Assembly (NCBI GenBank): GCA_963751345.1
Contig: CAVVUS010000010.1
Span: 160,001-224,000 of the forward strand
From: an uncultured Chloroflexia bacterium
Lineage (GTDB): Bacteria > Chloroflexota > Anaerolineae > B4-G1 > SLSP01
DNA: 64,000 nucleotides
Reading direction: 5' to 3'
The notes below the pieces were generated by a model that was given only the letters and a program-made list of their open reading frames with translations, did not search any database and had not been told where the DNA came from. Position numbers and translations under genes: made by a program. Shown one piece after another: positions 32,316 through 42,486 of this stretch (positions within the stretch are counted from its first letter, which is position 1; each line of letters opens with the position of its first letter).

Positions 32316-33194
32316 ATGACCACGATCAAGCCATCGCCCCGCATCGCCGCCCTTCCGGACCGGACCCGTGCCGTGCTCGCGCTCGTGCTGACGGCGTCCC
32401 TATGGAGCACCAGTGGCGTCCTCATCAAGGTCCTCGACTGGCAGCCCATGTCCATCCTGTGCGGGCGCAGCATCTTCGCGATCTTTGTCTTCCTGATCTA
32501 CCTGCGTGGCACGCGCCTGCGCATCACCTGGATGCACGTGCTGGGTGCGGCAGCCTTCCTGGTCACCCAGATCCTCTATATCTCGGCCACCAAGATGACG
32601 ACCGCCGCAAACGCCATTTTCCTGCAATACACCGCGCCCATCTACGTCATCTTGTTGAGCGTGTGGTGGCTCAAGGAGCGCCCCGAACGCGCCGATTGGC
32701 TGGTCCTCGCCGTGATCCTTGCCGGCATGGGCTGCTTCTTTGGTGAGCGGCTGAGCTTCACGGGGTTAGCGGGCAACGTGCTGGCCTTGGTCAGCGGCGC
32801 CACCATGGCCCTGATGAACATGACGATGCGGAAGATCTCGATTGGTAGCGACGGGAACACCGCCCAGGGCCAGACGATTCTCCTCTCCTTCATTGCAGGT
32901 TCCCTGGTCGGGCTCCCCTCGATGGTGCACGAGAGCTTCGCCCCCCGCAACGTGGCGATGATCGTCTTCCTGGGTATCTTCCAGATCGGCTTGGCCTTCG
33001 CACTCTACGCGTCGGCGATGCGCCACGTGCGTGCGCTGGAGGCGACCCTCATCCTCGGGCTGGAGCCCATCCTCAACCCAATCTGGGTCTTCCTCGCCAT
33101 TGGCGAGACCCCCGGGCCGGTCGCCCTTCTCGGCTGCACGCTGGTCATCGGCGCTGTGGCGCTCCGCGCTTTCCTGAGCGCTCGGGCGGCGTAA
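32316..33194 (+). CDS. DMT/EamA family transporter
   Basis: ~10 TM segments; LQYTAPIYV, LEPILNPIWV. Confidence 0.88.
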   Translation: MTTIKPSPRIAALPDRTRAVLALVLTASLWSTSGVLIKVLDWQPMSILCGRSIFAIFVFLIYLRGTRLRITWMHVLGAAAFLVTQILYISATKMTTAANAIFLQYTAPIYVILLSVWWLKERPERADWLVLAVILAGMGCFFGERLSFTGLAGNVLALVSGATMALMNMTMRKISIGSDGNTAQGQTILLSFIAGSLVGLPSMVHESFAPRNVAMIVFLGIFQIGLAFALYASAMRHVRALEATLILGLEPILNPIWVFLAIGETPGPVALLGCTLVIGAVALRAFLSARAA

Positions 33195-33490
33195 GGGGGC
33201 CGACAGCGGAGTCCTGCTCCGCTGCCGCGATCTGTGAGAACACCTCAAATGGTTTGCTGCTGCTCCACACGCCCAACGCCGGCGCCGGCGTCATCATACC
33301 CCTATACTTGCTCAGACGGTGAAGGAAGGTATACTTCGCCCTACGATTCGATGCCGTAGGCTCACAGCAAGTCGGTGTGAGCCTACGCTAGCGCTAGAGC
33401 TTGGGGGCAGGGACGCGGGCCCGATGGCTTCCGGGTGTGTCGCGGGTCCTGCATAGCTAAGCGATTCGGTCGCCTTCGTCTGGTATTGGC

Positions 33491-34066
33491 ATGCCGATCT
33501 ACGAATACTATTGTCGTTCGTGTCGTGTCCGGTTCAGCCATCTGGCCCGTAGGCTGAATGCCGGCGCTCCTGCCTGCCCTCGATGTGGGGGTGACGAGGT
33601 GGAGCGATTGATCTCCGCGGCTCACTTTGTCCGGGGAGAGGGAGATCACCGGCGCGAACTACACCAGGATGCGTCACGGGTGGGTGGTGAAGATCCACAG
33701 GCGATGGCGAGGTTTCTCAAGGAATCGGGGCGGTTGGAGGATGCTGCCGGGCTATACGGAAGCAAGGCGTATCGCGAGCTAATCGAGCGCCGCATCCAGG
33801 GCGCGACCGATGCAGATCTTGCCGATCTCGTGGGCGATCTCACCGATGAGATGGCCTCCAATGAGCTGACACAATTGGCCGGCGCGGTGGCCCTATCCGA
33901 GCAAGTTGAGAACCGCATGGCAGCCGAGGGGCCGCCGCACGAACACGGTGCAGTGGAAGCCGAGCCTGAAAGCCGTGGGGATACAGACCGTACGATCGCC
34001 GATGCTGAGTCCGGACCCAGAGAGACGCACTCGCGCAGAAGTGCCCCCGATTTGGGTTGGGGTTAG
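33491..34066 (+). CDS. FmdB-family zinc-ribbon protein with C-terminal extension
   Basis: MPIYEYYCRSC...CPRCG. Confidence 0.85.
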   Translation: MPIYEYYCRSCRVRFSHLARRLNAGAPACPRCGGDEVERLISAAHFVRGEGDHRRELHQDASRVGGEDPQAMARFLKESGRLEDAAGLYGSKAYRELIERRIQGATDADLADLVGDLTDEMASNELTQLAGAVALSEQVENRMAAEGPPHEHGAVEAEPESRGDTDRTIADAESGPRETHSRRSAPDLGWG

Positions 34067-34096
34067 CCACGGCGTGTTTGATTCTATGGGGGTGGT

Positions 34097-35491
34097 ATGC
34101 AGAATCCGTTTTGGCAGCACTTGAAGGACCTCTTTTCTAGACTTTCGGGACGATCGCTGATCGGTGCCGGTGTTGTATGGATTGTGCTGATGGCCATAGG
34201 GTTGTCCTGCGCGTTTGGGGTCATCGACCTTCCTGCCCTGTCCGCGAAATCTACCCCAAACATTCCTACCCAGATACCTACACCTGGCGATCCGTTTTCT
34301 CCCGGAGTTGTGACCGTTCCGCCGGATGCTACGCCGACCACCGGCGCATCTATTTCACTGCCCACACCGACACCCAGTGTTACGGATAGCGCCAGCACCT
34401 TGCCGCCCTTGCCCTGGGGGGACTTCGGGTACGGCATCGCGGCCCATGGCATCGGCATGCCGGACTATACGATGGATCAGATCAAGAATCAGTTGGGGCT
34501 TTCTTGGGTGAAGCAGCAGGTTCGCTGGGACGATTTCTCCACCGCGCCCGGGCAGATGGACTGGAGCGGCTATGATGCGATGGTCCTCTACGCGACCGAG
34601 CGAGGCCTCAACGTGATGATGAGCATCGTGGGGGCTCCCGACTGGTCGCGCTCCTATTTCGATGCCAATCCCCAGGCTGCGCCGCCCGACGACCTATCGC
34701 TGTACGTCAGCTTCGTCGGCGAACTGGTTGATCGGTACAAGGGCCAGGTCCAGGCGATTGAGGTCTGGAACGAGCAGAATCTGGATCGAGAGTGGGACAC
34801 CGAAGAGGGTGTGAACGCAGATCGATATGTCGAGATGCTGCGCCTGACCTACCAGGCCATTAAGAGCCGCGACCCCAGTATCATCGTGATCAGCGGCGCG
34901 CTATCTCCTACGGGCGTGACCTCCACCGACCCACAGAATCCCAATCGTTACACGGTCATGGACGATTACGCCTACTTCCAGCAGATGATCGAGGCCGGGT
35001 TCCTGAACTATGCCGACTGCGTCGGGGCGCATCACAATGGCTATAATATGCCGCCCGACGTTACCTGGGACGAGGGGTACAACGATCCCACGGCCACCTA
35101 CCGGGGACCCTTTGACTCGCCGCATCATTCCTGGTCGTTCAAGAGCACGCTCTGGGACTATCATAATATGATCACTGCGGCTCAACGTGATACGCCGATC
35201 TGCGTGACCGAGTTTGGCTGGGCGACGTCCGAAGGCTTCGATGGCACGCCGGCGGGGTTCGAGTTTGCCCAGGATAATACCCTGGCCGAGCAAGCACAGT
35301 GGGATGTCGAAGCATTCCAGTTGATGCGCGAGTGGGGTTTCGTCCGGCTCGCTTTCCTCTGGAACCTGGACTACTCGTATAAGGGCGGCATGGGTGCCCT
35401 GGACCCGAATTCGCCCTACAGCATCCTCGATCTCAAGGGAGCGGCTCGTCCCGCCTATGGCGCGATTGGGTCGATGCCAAAGGTGCCGTAG
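34097..35491 (+). CDS. Membrane-anchored clan GH-A glycoside hydrolase (GH5/GH39-like)
   Basis: N-terminal TM, PT-rich linker, VWNEQN acid/base, TEFGW nucleophile. Confidence 0.75.
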   Translation: MQNPFWQHLKDLFSRLSGRSLIGAGVVWIVLMAIGLSCAFGVIDLPALSAKSTPNIPTQIPTPGDPFSPGVVTVPPDATPTTGASISLPTPTPSVTDSASTLPPLPWGDFGYGIAAHGIGMPDYTMDQIKNQLGLSWVKQQVRWDDFSTAPGQMDWSGYDAMVLYATERGLNVMMSIVGAPDWSRSYFDANPQAAPPDDLSLYVSFVGELVDRYKGQVQAIEVWNEQNLDREWDTEEGVNADRYVEMLRLTYQAIKSRDPSIIVISGALSPTGVTSTDPQNPNRYTVMDDYAYFQQMIEAGFLNYADCVGAHHNGYNMPPDVTWDEGYNDPTATYRGPFDSPHHSWSFKSTLWDYHNMITAAQRDTPICVTEFGWATSEGFDGTPAGFEFAQDNTLAEQAQWDVEAFQLMREWGFVRLAFLWNLDYSYKGGMGALDPNSPYSILDLKGAARPAYGAIGSMPKVP

Positions 35492-35597
35492 GTGTGGGTA
35501 GACGTTACCCAAACGTTTTCTAGCGCTTGATATCAGGCATAACCGGGGGCGGGGCGGCACCCGCCCCGCCGGCCCCACGGATAAGAACGTTACGTCC

Positions 35598-36830
35598 ATG
35601 ACACAGACGCCTCACCATCGCCGCGTGCTTCCTCTGGTGCTCATCCTCGTGGTCATAGCCTACCTGTTTGCCTTTGGCAGCCTTCCCGGCTTTGACCATG
35701 CGAAGCCGCGCCCTCAACCCACACCGGTGCCCACGCCGACCTCCTGGCCCTTGGAAACCAGGCTTCGCTCACCCGAGTATGGCATCAACGTGCATATGTG
35801 GTGGGATCCGTGGGCCGCGATACGTCGTGACTGGCATCTGGTCGAGGATGCAGGTTTCACGTGGGTCAAGCAACGCCTCGCTTGGCAGGATGTGGAAGGG
35901 GCCGGCCCCGGTGCGTACGAATGGCAGGCCGCCGACAGGATCGTCGACGAAGCCGGAGACGCGGGTGTCCAGCTCATCTTCCGGGTGGATCGTCCTCCTG
36001 TTTGGGCCGTGCCTCAGGTGCCTGAAGGGCAGCAACCGGTAGTCCCGGTGTCGCTTGAGGCATTCGGGGATTTCTGCTCCACCCTGGCCTCGCGATACGC
36101 GGGGCGGGTTCGGGGGTATCAGATCTGGAACGAGCCGAACCTGGCCCGCGAGTGGGGCGGCTACGCACCCGATGCCCAAGGCTACGTTGAGTTGCTCAAG
36201 ACCTGCTACGTCGCGATCAAGCGTGCCGATCCCCAGGCTCTCGTCATCTCTGCCGGCTTGGCTCCCACGGGCTCGGCCCCGCCCGATGCGATACCTGACG
36301 TTGATTACCTTGTGGCGCTCTATGAGGCCGGTGCGTCACCCTATTTCGATCTCCTAGGCCTGAACGCACCGGGCTACAAGGCAGCTCCTGAGATATCGCC
36401 TGAAGAAGCGGCAGATCCCGAGAATGGCTATGGCGGCCAATCGTTCTTCTGCTTCCGGCACGTTGAGGAAATGCGGGCGATCATGGTGCACTACGGTGAT
36501 GCGGACAAGCAGGTCGCGATCCTGGAGTTCGGCTGGCATACGGCAACGAGTCCCGAGCATCCGGACTATGCATGGTTTGCCGTAACCCCTGAACAGCAGG
36601 GCGATTATCTTGTGCGCGCGTTTGCTTACGCCCACCAGAATTGGGCTCCTTGGGTCGGCCCGATGTTTGTGTGGAATCTACCTGATTCGAAGTGGACGCC
36701 CGATAACGAGGAATATTGGTGGTCAATTGTCGATCCTTTCTGGTGGGGATTCGACGGTGATTTTGCCGACTGGGCCGGCGGCGCTGTGCGCCCGGCGTAT
36801 GAGGCGCTAAAGGCCATGGAAAAACCATAG
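35598..36830 (+). CDS. Clan GH-A glycoside hydrolase paralog
   Basis: IWNEPNL, LEFGW; signal/TM and PTP linker. Confidence 0.75.
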   Translation: MTQTPHHRRVLPLVLILVVIAYLFAFGSLPGFDHAKPRPQPTPVPTPTSWPLETRLRSPEYGINVHMWWDPWAAIRRDWHLVEDAGFTWVKQRLAWQDVEGAGPGAYEWQAADRIVDEAGDAGVQLIFRVDRPPVWAVPQVPEGQQPVVPVSLEAFGDFCSTLASRYAGRVRGYQIWNEPNLAREWGGYAPDAQGYVELLKTCYVAIKRADPQALVISAGLAPTGSAPPDAIPDVDYLVALYEAGASPYFDLLGLNAPGYKAAPEISPEEAADPENGYGGQSFFCFRHVEEMRAIMVHYGDADKQVAILEFGWHTATSPEHPDYAWFAVTPEQQGDYLVRAFAYAHQNWAPWVGPMFVWNLPDSKWTPDNEEYWWSIVDPFWWGFDGDFADWAGGAVRPAYEALKAMEKP

Positions 36831-36908
36831 AGGGGCTAACCTTCGCAAGGTTTGCGGGGGAGCCCAACTCTTGCTGAATCATTGTTCGGCGGTATAATCG
36901 ATGGGAAC

Positions 36909-36990
36909 GGGGAAGTGTCGGAATTGGCAGACGAGCATGACTTAGGATCATGTGCCGCGAGGCGTGCGGGTTCAAGTCCCGCCTTCCCCA
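36909..36990 (+). tRNA. tRNA-Leu (anticodon TAG); CCA not encoded
   Basis: GGGGAAG/CTTCCCC acceptor stem, CATGA-CTTAGGA-TCATG anticodon arm, long variable arm, GGTTCAAGTCC T-arm; TATAAT upstream. Confidence 0.96.
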
Positions 36991-37056
36991 ACGGAGGGGC
37001 GAGATCGTTCTCGCCCCTTGACTTTGTGGAGCTTGCTTTTTTGAGGAGGTAGTCCC

Positions 37057-37686
37057 GTGACGAGACAGTCTCGGATGAACGGGGGAAGTCAGCTGCCTGA
37101 GGTTCCTCCTGAACTTCAATCATCGGTACGACTCACCACGTTGGATCAAGTCTACGCCTGGGCCCGCAAACGATCACTCTGGCCAATGCTGTTTGGGCTT
37201 GCTTGTTGTGCATTTGAGATGATTGCTATGGCAGCGGCACGATATGATACGGCACGCTTTGGAATGGAGATCATGCGTGCCAGCCCAAGGCAGTCAGATC
37301 TGTTGATTGTCAACGGCACGGTGACGAAGAAGATGGCGCCGCTCCTGGTCCGGCTCTACAACCAGATGGCAGAACCCAAATACGTCATAGCGATGGGGGC
37401 CTGTGCCATTTCCGGCGGGCCGTTTAAGGAAGGCTATAACGTTGTCTCAGGTGTCGATCGCCTGATTCCGGTCGATGTTTATATTCCTGGATGTCCTCCT
37501 CGGCCCGAGGCGTTGCTGCACGGCATTCTCACGCTGCATGCTCGCTTCGATCACGAGACAATCAAGGATATCCGCGCTTTCCAGACCGGCGAGGATGAGG
37601 GGATTCCCGAGCCGACCCTTGGCCTGGATCTCGTTAGCTGGCGCGATTTGGAGGGATTGGTCGGCCCCCGCGAGGAGGACGTCTAG
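37057..37686 (+). CDS. nuoB: NADH-quinone oxidoreductase subunit B
   Basis: [33 protein letters not shown]. Confidence 0.93.
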   Translation: MTRQSRMNGGSQLPEVPPELQSSVRLTTLDQVYAWARKRSLWPMLFGLACCAFEMIAMAAARYDTARFGMEIMRASPRQSDLLIVNGTVTKKMAPLLVRLYNQMAEPKYVIAMGACAISGGPFKEGYNVVSGVDRLIPVDVYIPGCPPRPEALLHGILTLHARFDHETIKDIRAFQTGEDEGIPEPTLGLDLVSWRDLEGLVGPREEDV

Positions 37687-37688
37687 GC

Positions 37689-39560
37689 ATGGCAGAGATG
37701 ATCTACGATATGCCGGCCGATGTGTGGGAGAGCTTGCAGGCCCGGTTCCCCGGAGTCTTGCAGCCGGCTGAGCCGCCCGATCAGGGAGACGCCGAGACCT
37801 ATTCTGAGGGCAAGGAGCACCGGATGACCCGTTCGGTCTCGCGCTCCCAGTTGATGAATCGGCCGCGGTATGAAGGAGTGTTGGTTCACGCTCGGCATCT
37901 GGTGTCCGTGCTCCAGTTCCTGCGGGACGAGCTTGGCTACAACATGCTCTCCAACCTCACGGCTGCCGATTACCCGGAGGCCCTGGATGAGTTCCCGCCG
38001 CACATTGACGTCGTGTACCACCTGTTCCGACAGGCAGGCGGCGGTTATGTCGTGCTCCACGTGCATACTACCCGTGATGGTGCCGTCCTACCATCCGTGA
38101 CGCCTGAGTTCCCATCGGCCAATCTGCAGGAACGCGAAGTCTGGGACATGTTTGGTGTGCGCTTCGAGGGTCACCCGGATCTGCGCCGCCTTCTGATGTG
38201 GGAGGGATTCGACGGATTCCCACTGCGCAAGGACTGGAGAGAGGCTTATTACGAGGAGGAGCACAAGCCATATCGCAGTCGCTTCCCCGATGGCAGCAGT
38301 CCACTCTATGCAGAGGAACGCACCCCGAGCCACGCGAACATCCGGTTCAGCGAGGAATTTGCCGAGAGTTGTCCGCCACCGGCCGAGGATTTCAGCGACG
38401 CTGACGAGTTGCTCTACGAGCGAATGCTGTCCGCAGACCGCACTCCTGACAAGCCCCTCAAGACCGAGGAGATGATCCTCAACATGGGCCCGCATCATCC
38501 CAGCACGCACGGCGTCTTCCGGATGGCCGTGCGGCTGGACGGCGAAACCGTCCAACACCTTGAGCCGGTGTTTGGGTACCTGCATCGCTGCCACGAGAAG
38601 ATCGGTGAGCGCAACACCTGGTTGCAGAACATCCCATACACGGATCGCCTGGACTATCTCAATGGGATGACCAACAACTTGGCCTATTGCCTGGCGATGG
38701 AGAAGCTCCTGGGCTGGGAGGTGCCGGAGCGGGCGGAGTACATTCGTGTCATCATGTCCGAGTTGTCGCGTCTGGTCAACCACATGCTTGCCGCCGGCTT
38801 CTTCAGCAACGAGATAGGGATCTACTTCACCGGCTCCCTGTATGCGCTCGAAGAGCGGGAGCTCGTGCTTGATCTCTTCGAGAGTGTCTCCGGTTCGCGT
38901 ATGATGTTCAACTACATGCGGCCCGGGGGAGTAGTCCGTGACGTTTCGCCCGAGTGGCTGGACCGGGTACGAACGTATCTCCACGACCGTCTCCCCAGCA
39001 AACTTCGCCAGATGCAGGGGTTTCTGCTCGACAATGAAATTGTTCGCGCGAGGAGCATCGACGTCGGCGTTTTGCCGGCGGATGTAGCGGTTGCTTCCGG
39101 GGTCACCGGCCCGATTCTACGCGCGAGCGGTGTTCCCTATGACATTCGGCGCGCTGAGCCGTATAGCATTTACGATCGTTTCGACTTTGACGTCGTAAGC
39201 CGGCAGAACGGGGACGTTTTCGATCGCATCGCGGTGCGCTTTGACGAGGCCTGGGAGAGCATGCGGATCCTTGATCAGGCCCTGGATGGGATACCCGAGG
39301 GTCCGATCCAGTCCAATAGGCTTTCACCAAAGATGCGCATCCCGCCCGGCGAAACCTACGGGCGCATTGAGGCCCCCAAGGGTGAGTTGGGCTTCTATCT
39401 CGTTTCCGACGGTGGTGCAAATCCGTACCGCTATCATATCCGGGCGACGTCGTTGATCAATCTCACGCCGCTGAGTGAACTGACCCGGGGGGGAAAGATC
39501 GCGGATGTGGTCGCTGTCTTGGGCAGCATTGACCTGACTATGGGGGAGGTGGATCGCTAA
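37689..39560 (+). CDS. nuoCD: Fused NuoC/NuoD
   Basis: EREVWDMFG..F.GHPDLRR and PLRKD (C); MGPHHPSTHG, DRLDY, GEVDR (D); no NiFe CxxC. Confidence 0.92.
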   Translation: MAEMIYDMPADVWESLQARFPGVLQPAEPPDQGDAETYSEGKEHRMTRSVSRSQLMNRPRYEGVLVHARHLVSVLQFLRDELGYNMLSNLTAADYPEALDEFPPHIDVVYHLFRQAGGGYVVLHVHTTRDGAVLPSVTPEFPSANLQEREVWDMFGVRFEGHPDLRRLLMWEGFDGFPLRKDWREAYYEEEHKPYRSRFPDGSSPLYAEERTPSHANIRFSEEFAESCPPPAEDFSDADELLYERMLSADRTPDKPLKTEEMILNMGPHHPSTHGVFRMAVRLDGETVQHLEPVFGYLHRCHEKIGERNTWLQNIPYTDRLDYLNGMTNNLAYCLAMEKLLGWEVPERAEYIRVIMSELSRLVNHMLAAGFFSNEIGIYFTGSLYALEERELVLDLFESVSGSRMMFNYMRPGGVVRDVSPEWLDRVRTYLHDRLPSKLRQMQGFLLDNEIVRARSIDVGVLPADVAVASGVTGPILRASGVPYDIRRAEPYSIYDRFDFDVVSRQNGDVFDRIAVRFDEAWESMRILDQALDGIPEGPIQSNRLSPKMRIPPGETYGRIEAPKGELGFYLVSDGGANPYRYHIRATSLINLTPLSELTRGGKIADVVAVLGSIDLTMGEVDR

Positions 39561-40117
39561 TGTACGGTTGGGGGATTATCAAGACATTGGCGAGGACTCT
39601 CTACCATTTCATCCTCACCTACGTTGGCGATGCTCAGGTACTGTGGAGCAAGCTCAGCGGACGCAAAGCCGACTCCGGGGAAACGCGGGCACACGGGCGA
39701 GGTGTTTTCACGATCGAGTACCCCGGCGAGCAGCGAAAGCTTCCCGAGGCCTACCGTAATCTGCCCTTTATGGTTGTTGACGCTGAGACCGGGCAACTGA
39801 GGTGTACTGCGTGTGGCATCTGCGCGCAGGTCTGTCCTGTCCAGTGTATCTGGATCGAGCGCGCCAAGGACCCCGAGACGGGGCGTCCGCGCCGCTATCC
39901 TGTCTCATACTATCTCGACGTCAGCCTATGCATGACCTGCGGATTCTGTGCTGAGTTCTGTCCGTTTGATGCTATCAAGATGGATCACGACTTCGAGGTT
40001 TCTTCTTACCGTCGCCTCGGCTTTCAAAGCGCCAGAGATCTGGCAAAACCCGAGTCCTACCACGCAGCCATTCACCCACTGGCGTACGCAGAAGAGACGA
40101 AGCCCAAGGCTGAGTAG
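39560..40117 (+). CDS. nuoI: NADH-quinone oxidoreductase subunit I (2x[4Fe-4S])
   Basis: TIEYP, CTACGICAQVCP, CMTCGFCAEFCP. Confidence 0.9.
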   Translation: MYGWGIIKTLARTLYHFILTYVGDAQVLWSKLSGRKADSGETRAHGRGVFTIEYPGEQRKLPEAYRNLPFMVVDAETGQLRCTACGICAQVCPVQCIWIERAKDPETGRPRRYPVSYYLDVSLCMTCGFCAEFCPFDAIKMDHDFEVSSYRRLGFQSARDLAKPESYHAAIHPLAYAEETKPKAE

Positions 40118-40178
40118 AGCAAGCGCCCCAAACCCGAGCAGCCTCGAGGGTGGGGCGCTTCTGTATCCGGCGGCTGGA

Positions 40179-41417
40179 TTAGTCTGAAATCACGCCGGCG
40201 CCAACCTGGTGCAGCCGCTCGGTGAGCTCCATACAGGCGCGCCCGTTGTGGTACGGGCACTTCCAGAAGCTCACCTTGGCGTTGTCCTCGTCGACGCCGG
40301 TCGGGCGCGTGTGGTCCCGCTCGACGTACCTGAGCCACTCGCCGTATTCTCGGTCGACCAAGAAGGCCTCGATGAAGTCCCAACTGCCGAGGGATGCTTC
40401 CAGGAAGTGGCCCTCGCCACTTAGCTGGTAGGCGTTGAGAAATCCGACGGCGGCCTCGGCCTGTGGCCACCACTGCTTCGTGGAATCCACGAGTCCCTCG
40501 GGCCCCGATTCGTAGACAATGGCCCCATCCGGATCGAGTCCTTCATCGTAGACGGCCTGTGCCATCTTGACTGCGAGCACTTTTGCCTGCTCGAGGAGCG
40601 CCGGATCGCCGGCAACCTCCGTCGATTCTACCAGAAGCCAGCTTGCCTCGATATCGTGGCCGTAGGAGACATTTCGAGATCTGGGGGCCCAGGTCTCGTC
40701 GAAAAACATCGTCATATGGTACGTTTCCGGGCCGATGATGTGCGTCATCATCACGCCGAGAAGCTCCTTTTGGCGATTCAGAAGCGAATCATCACGCCAG
40801 ACGCGGAGCAGGTTGGTGAAGGCCTCCATGACGTGGAGGTGCGTGTTCATCGACTTCATCTCCGCCATGTCGACGGCGCTCAACCGCACATTTTGCTCCA
40901 GCTTCCAATCGCGCGTGAAGGACTCGAAGTAACCCTTGTGCGTCCGGTCGTAGCTGTGGGCCTCCATCGCCTCATAGATGGCGATGGCTTTCTCGAGAGC
41001 GCTCTCGTTTCCCGTAGCGGCATAGTACTCGGCCAGGGCGTAGATGCCGAAGGCCTGACCGTAGATCTGTTTCCGGGGCACGAGAGGCGTTCCATCGACG
41101 TCCACCATCCAATAGAGCCCACCGTACTCGGAATCCCAGAACCGCTGGATCAGATCCTCAAATGCCCAGTCGGCCATATCCAGATAGGCGGCATTCTGGT
41201 AGCGTCGATAGGCGGAGGCGTAGGTCCACAGAATCCGTGATGTCAGCAGGGCGCCACGTGGAGCATCCGCCTGAACCGCCAGATCGTTGGTGATTTGGCC
41301 ATAGAAGCCACCGCGCTCCTTGTCTACAGCATGTCTCATCCAGAAAGGGAGAATATCCTCTCGCAGCTCGGCTTCCGCCTGCTGCATCATGGCTCGCATT
41401 CTGGCATCATTGGACAT
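40179..41417 (-). CDS. AGE-family cellobiose/mannobiose 2-epimerase
   Basis: RILWTYAS, MNTHLH, SYGHDIEASW, WWPQAE, WKCPYHNGR. Confidence 0.9.
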   Translation of the reverse strand: MSNDARMRAMMQQAEAELREDILPFWMRHAVDKERGGFYGQITNDLAVQADAPRGALLTSRILWTYASAYRRYQNAAYLDMADWAFEDLIQRFWDSEYGGLYWMVDVDGTPLVPRKQIYGQAFGIYALAEYYAATGNESALEKAIAIYEAMEAHSYDRTHKGYFESFTRDWKLEQNVRLSAVDMAEMKSMNTHLHVMEAFTNLLRVWRDDSLLNRQKELLGVMMTHIIGPETYHMTMFFDETWAPRSRNVSYGHDIEASWLLVESTEVAGDPALLEQAKVLAVKMAQAVYDEGLDPDGAIVYESGPEGLVDSTKQWWPQAEAAVGFLNAYQLSGEGHFLEASLGSWDFIEAFLVDREYGEWLRYVERDHTRPTGVDEDNAKVSFWKCPYHNGRACMELTERLHQVGAGVISD

Positions 41418-41553
41418 CGATCACTCCTTTGGCACGGTGAACGCCGCCAACGGAGCCGGCTGGCTCTTCTGGGAATGGGTAGACAGGCAACTCTCAGAAC
41501 GACGACTGCCAACTCGACGGATCCTCTATCGGTCCGTCGACCTGTTTCATAGG

Positions 41554-41626
41554 AGTTGTCATCCTGAACGAAGTGAAGGATCTAAGCCTGCAGCATAGAT
41601 CCTTCACTTCGTTCAGGATGACAACT
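41554..41626. repeat. REP-like palindrome, copy 1 (perfect 31-bp inverted repeat)
   Basis: AGTTGTCATCCTGAACGAAGTGAAGGATCTA ... TAGATCCTTCACTTCGTTCAGGATGACAACT. Confidence 0.9.
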
Positions 41627-41643
41627 TCCAGCTTAACTGACCC

Positions 41644-42411
41644 TTACGCCAGGGCCTCTACGGCGTTCTTGACGATGGCGGCAAAGTCTTCCACTTTGAG
41701 ACTCGCCCCGCCGACCAACGCTCCGTCGATCTCGGGCATCACGATGAAGTCCGCCATGTTGTTGGGCTTCACACTACCGCCGTATTGGACGCGGATGGTC
41801 TGGGCCGTCGCCTGATCGTAGAGGTCCGTCAGGACATCGCGGATGGCCTCGCGGATCGTGCGATCTGCGTCCTCGGGCATCGCCGTGCGGCCGGTGCCGA
41901 TGGCCCAGATGGGCTCGTAAGCTAACACGACCTTCCGGGCGTCGGCCGATGAAAGCCCCGCGAACGCTCCGCGAATCTGCTTCCCCACGAAGTCGACCGT
42001 CTCCCCGGCCTCATTCTGCGCGAGGCTCTCGCCAATGCAGACGATCGGCAGCAATTCGTGGCTCAGGGCAGCCTTGAGCTTCATGTTGACCGTCTCATCG
42101 GTCTCGCCAAAGAGCTGGCGGCGCTCTGAGTGGCCGATGATCACGTAGGTTGCCAGTTCCTTGACCATCAACGGAGAGATCTCCCCGGTGTAGGCACCGC
42201 TCTCCTCCCAGTGCATGTTCTGGGCGCCCACCCCGATGTTGGAGCCGGCCAATGCGTCGCTTACGGCGCTCAACGCGGTCGCGGTGGGGCAGACGGCGAG
42301 GTCCACGCCGGCGACGTCGGCGAGGGCGGCTCTGAGCCCGCGGGCGAGCTGCGTCGCTTCAGCCGCGGTCTTGTGCATCTTCCAGTTTCCGGCAATAAAC
42401 GGTTTGCGCAT
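41644..42411 (-). CDS. tpiA: Triosephosphate isomerase
   Basis: IAGNWKM, GHSERR, AYEPIWAIGTG, LVGGASL. Confidence 0.98.
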   Translation of the reverse strand: MRKPFIAGNWKMHKTAAEATQLARGLRAALADVAGVDLAVCPTATALSAVSDALAGSNIGVGAQNMHWEESGAYTGEISPLMVKELATYVIIGHSERRQLFGETDETVNMKLKAALSHELLPIVCIGESLAQNEAGETVDFVGKQIRGAFAGLSSADARKVVLAYEPIWAIGTGRTAMPEDADRTIREAIRDVLTDLYDQATAQTIRVQYGGSVKPNNMADFIVMPEIDGALVGGASLKVEDFAAIVKNAVEALA

Positions 42412-42486
42412 GGATATTCCCTTTCAGGGGCCGGGCACTGGGATCCCAGTGCCCGGCCTCTCATCTCAATCACGCCGATATGGAGT

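Noticed and set aside
37689-39560. Group 4 [NiFe]-hydrogenase large subunit
   Set aside because: Both CxxC nickel-binding motifs are absent; it has DRLDY and GEVDR as in NuoD
36909-40120. Genomic island integrated at tRNA-Leu
   Set aside because: No integrase and no duplicated tRNA 3' end seen in the window
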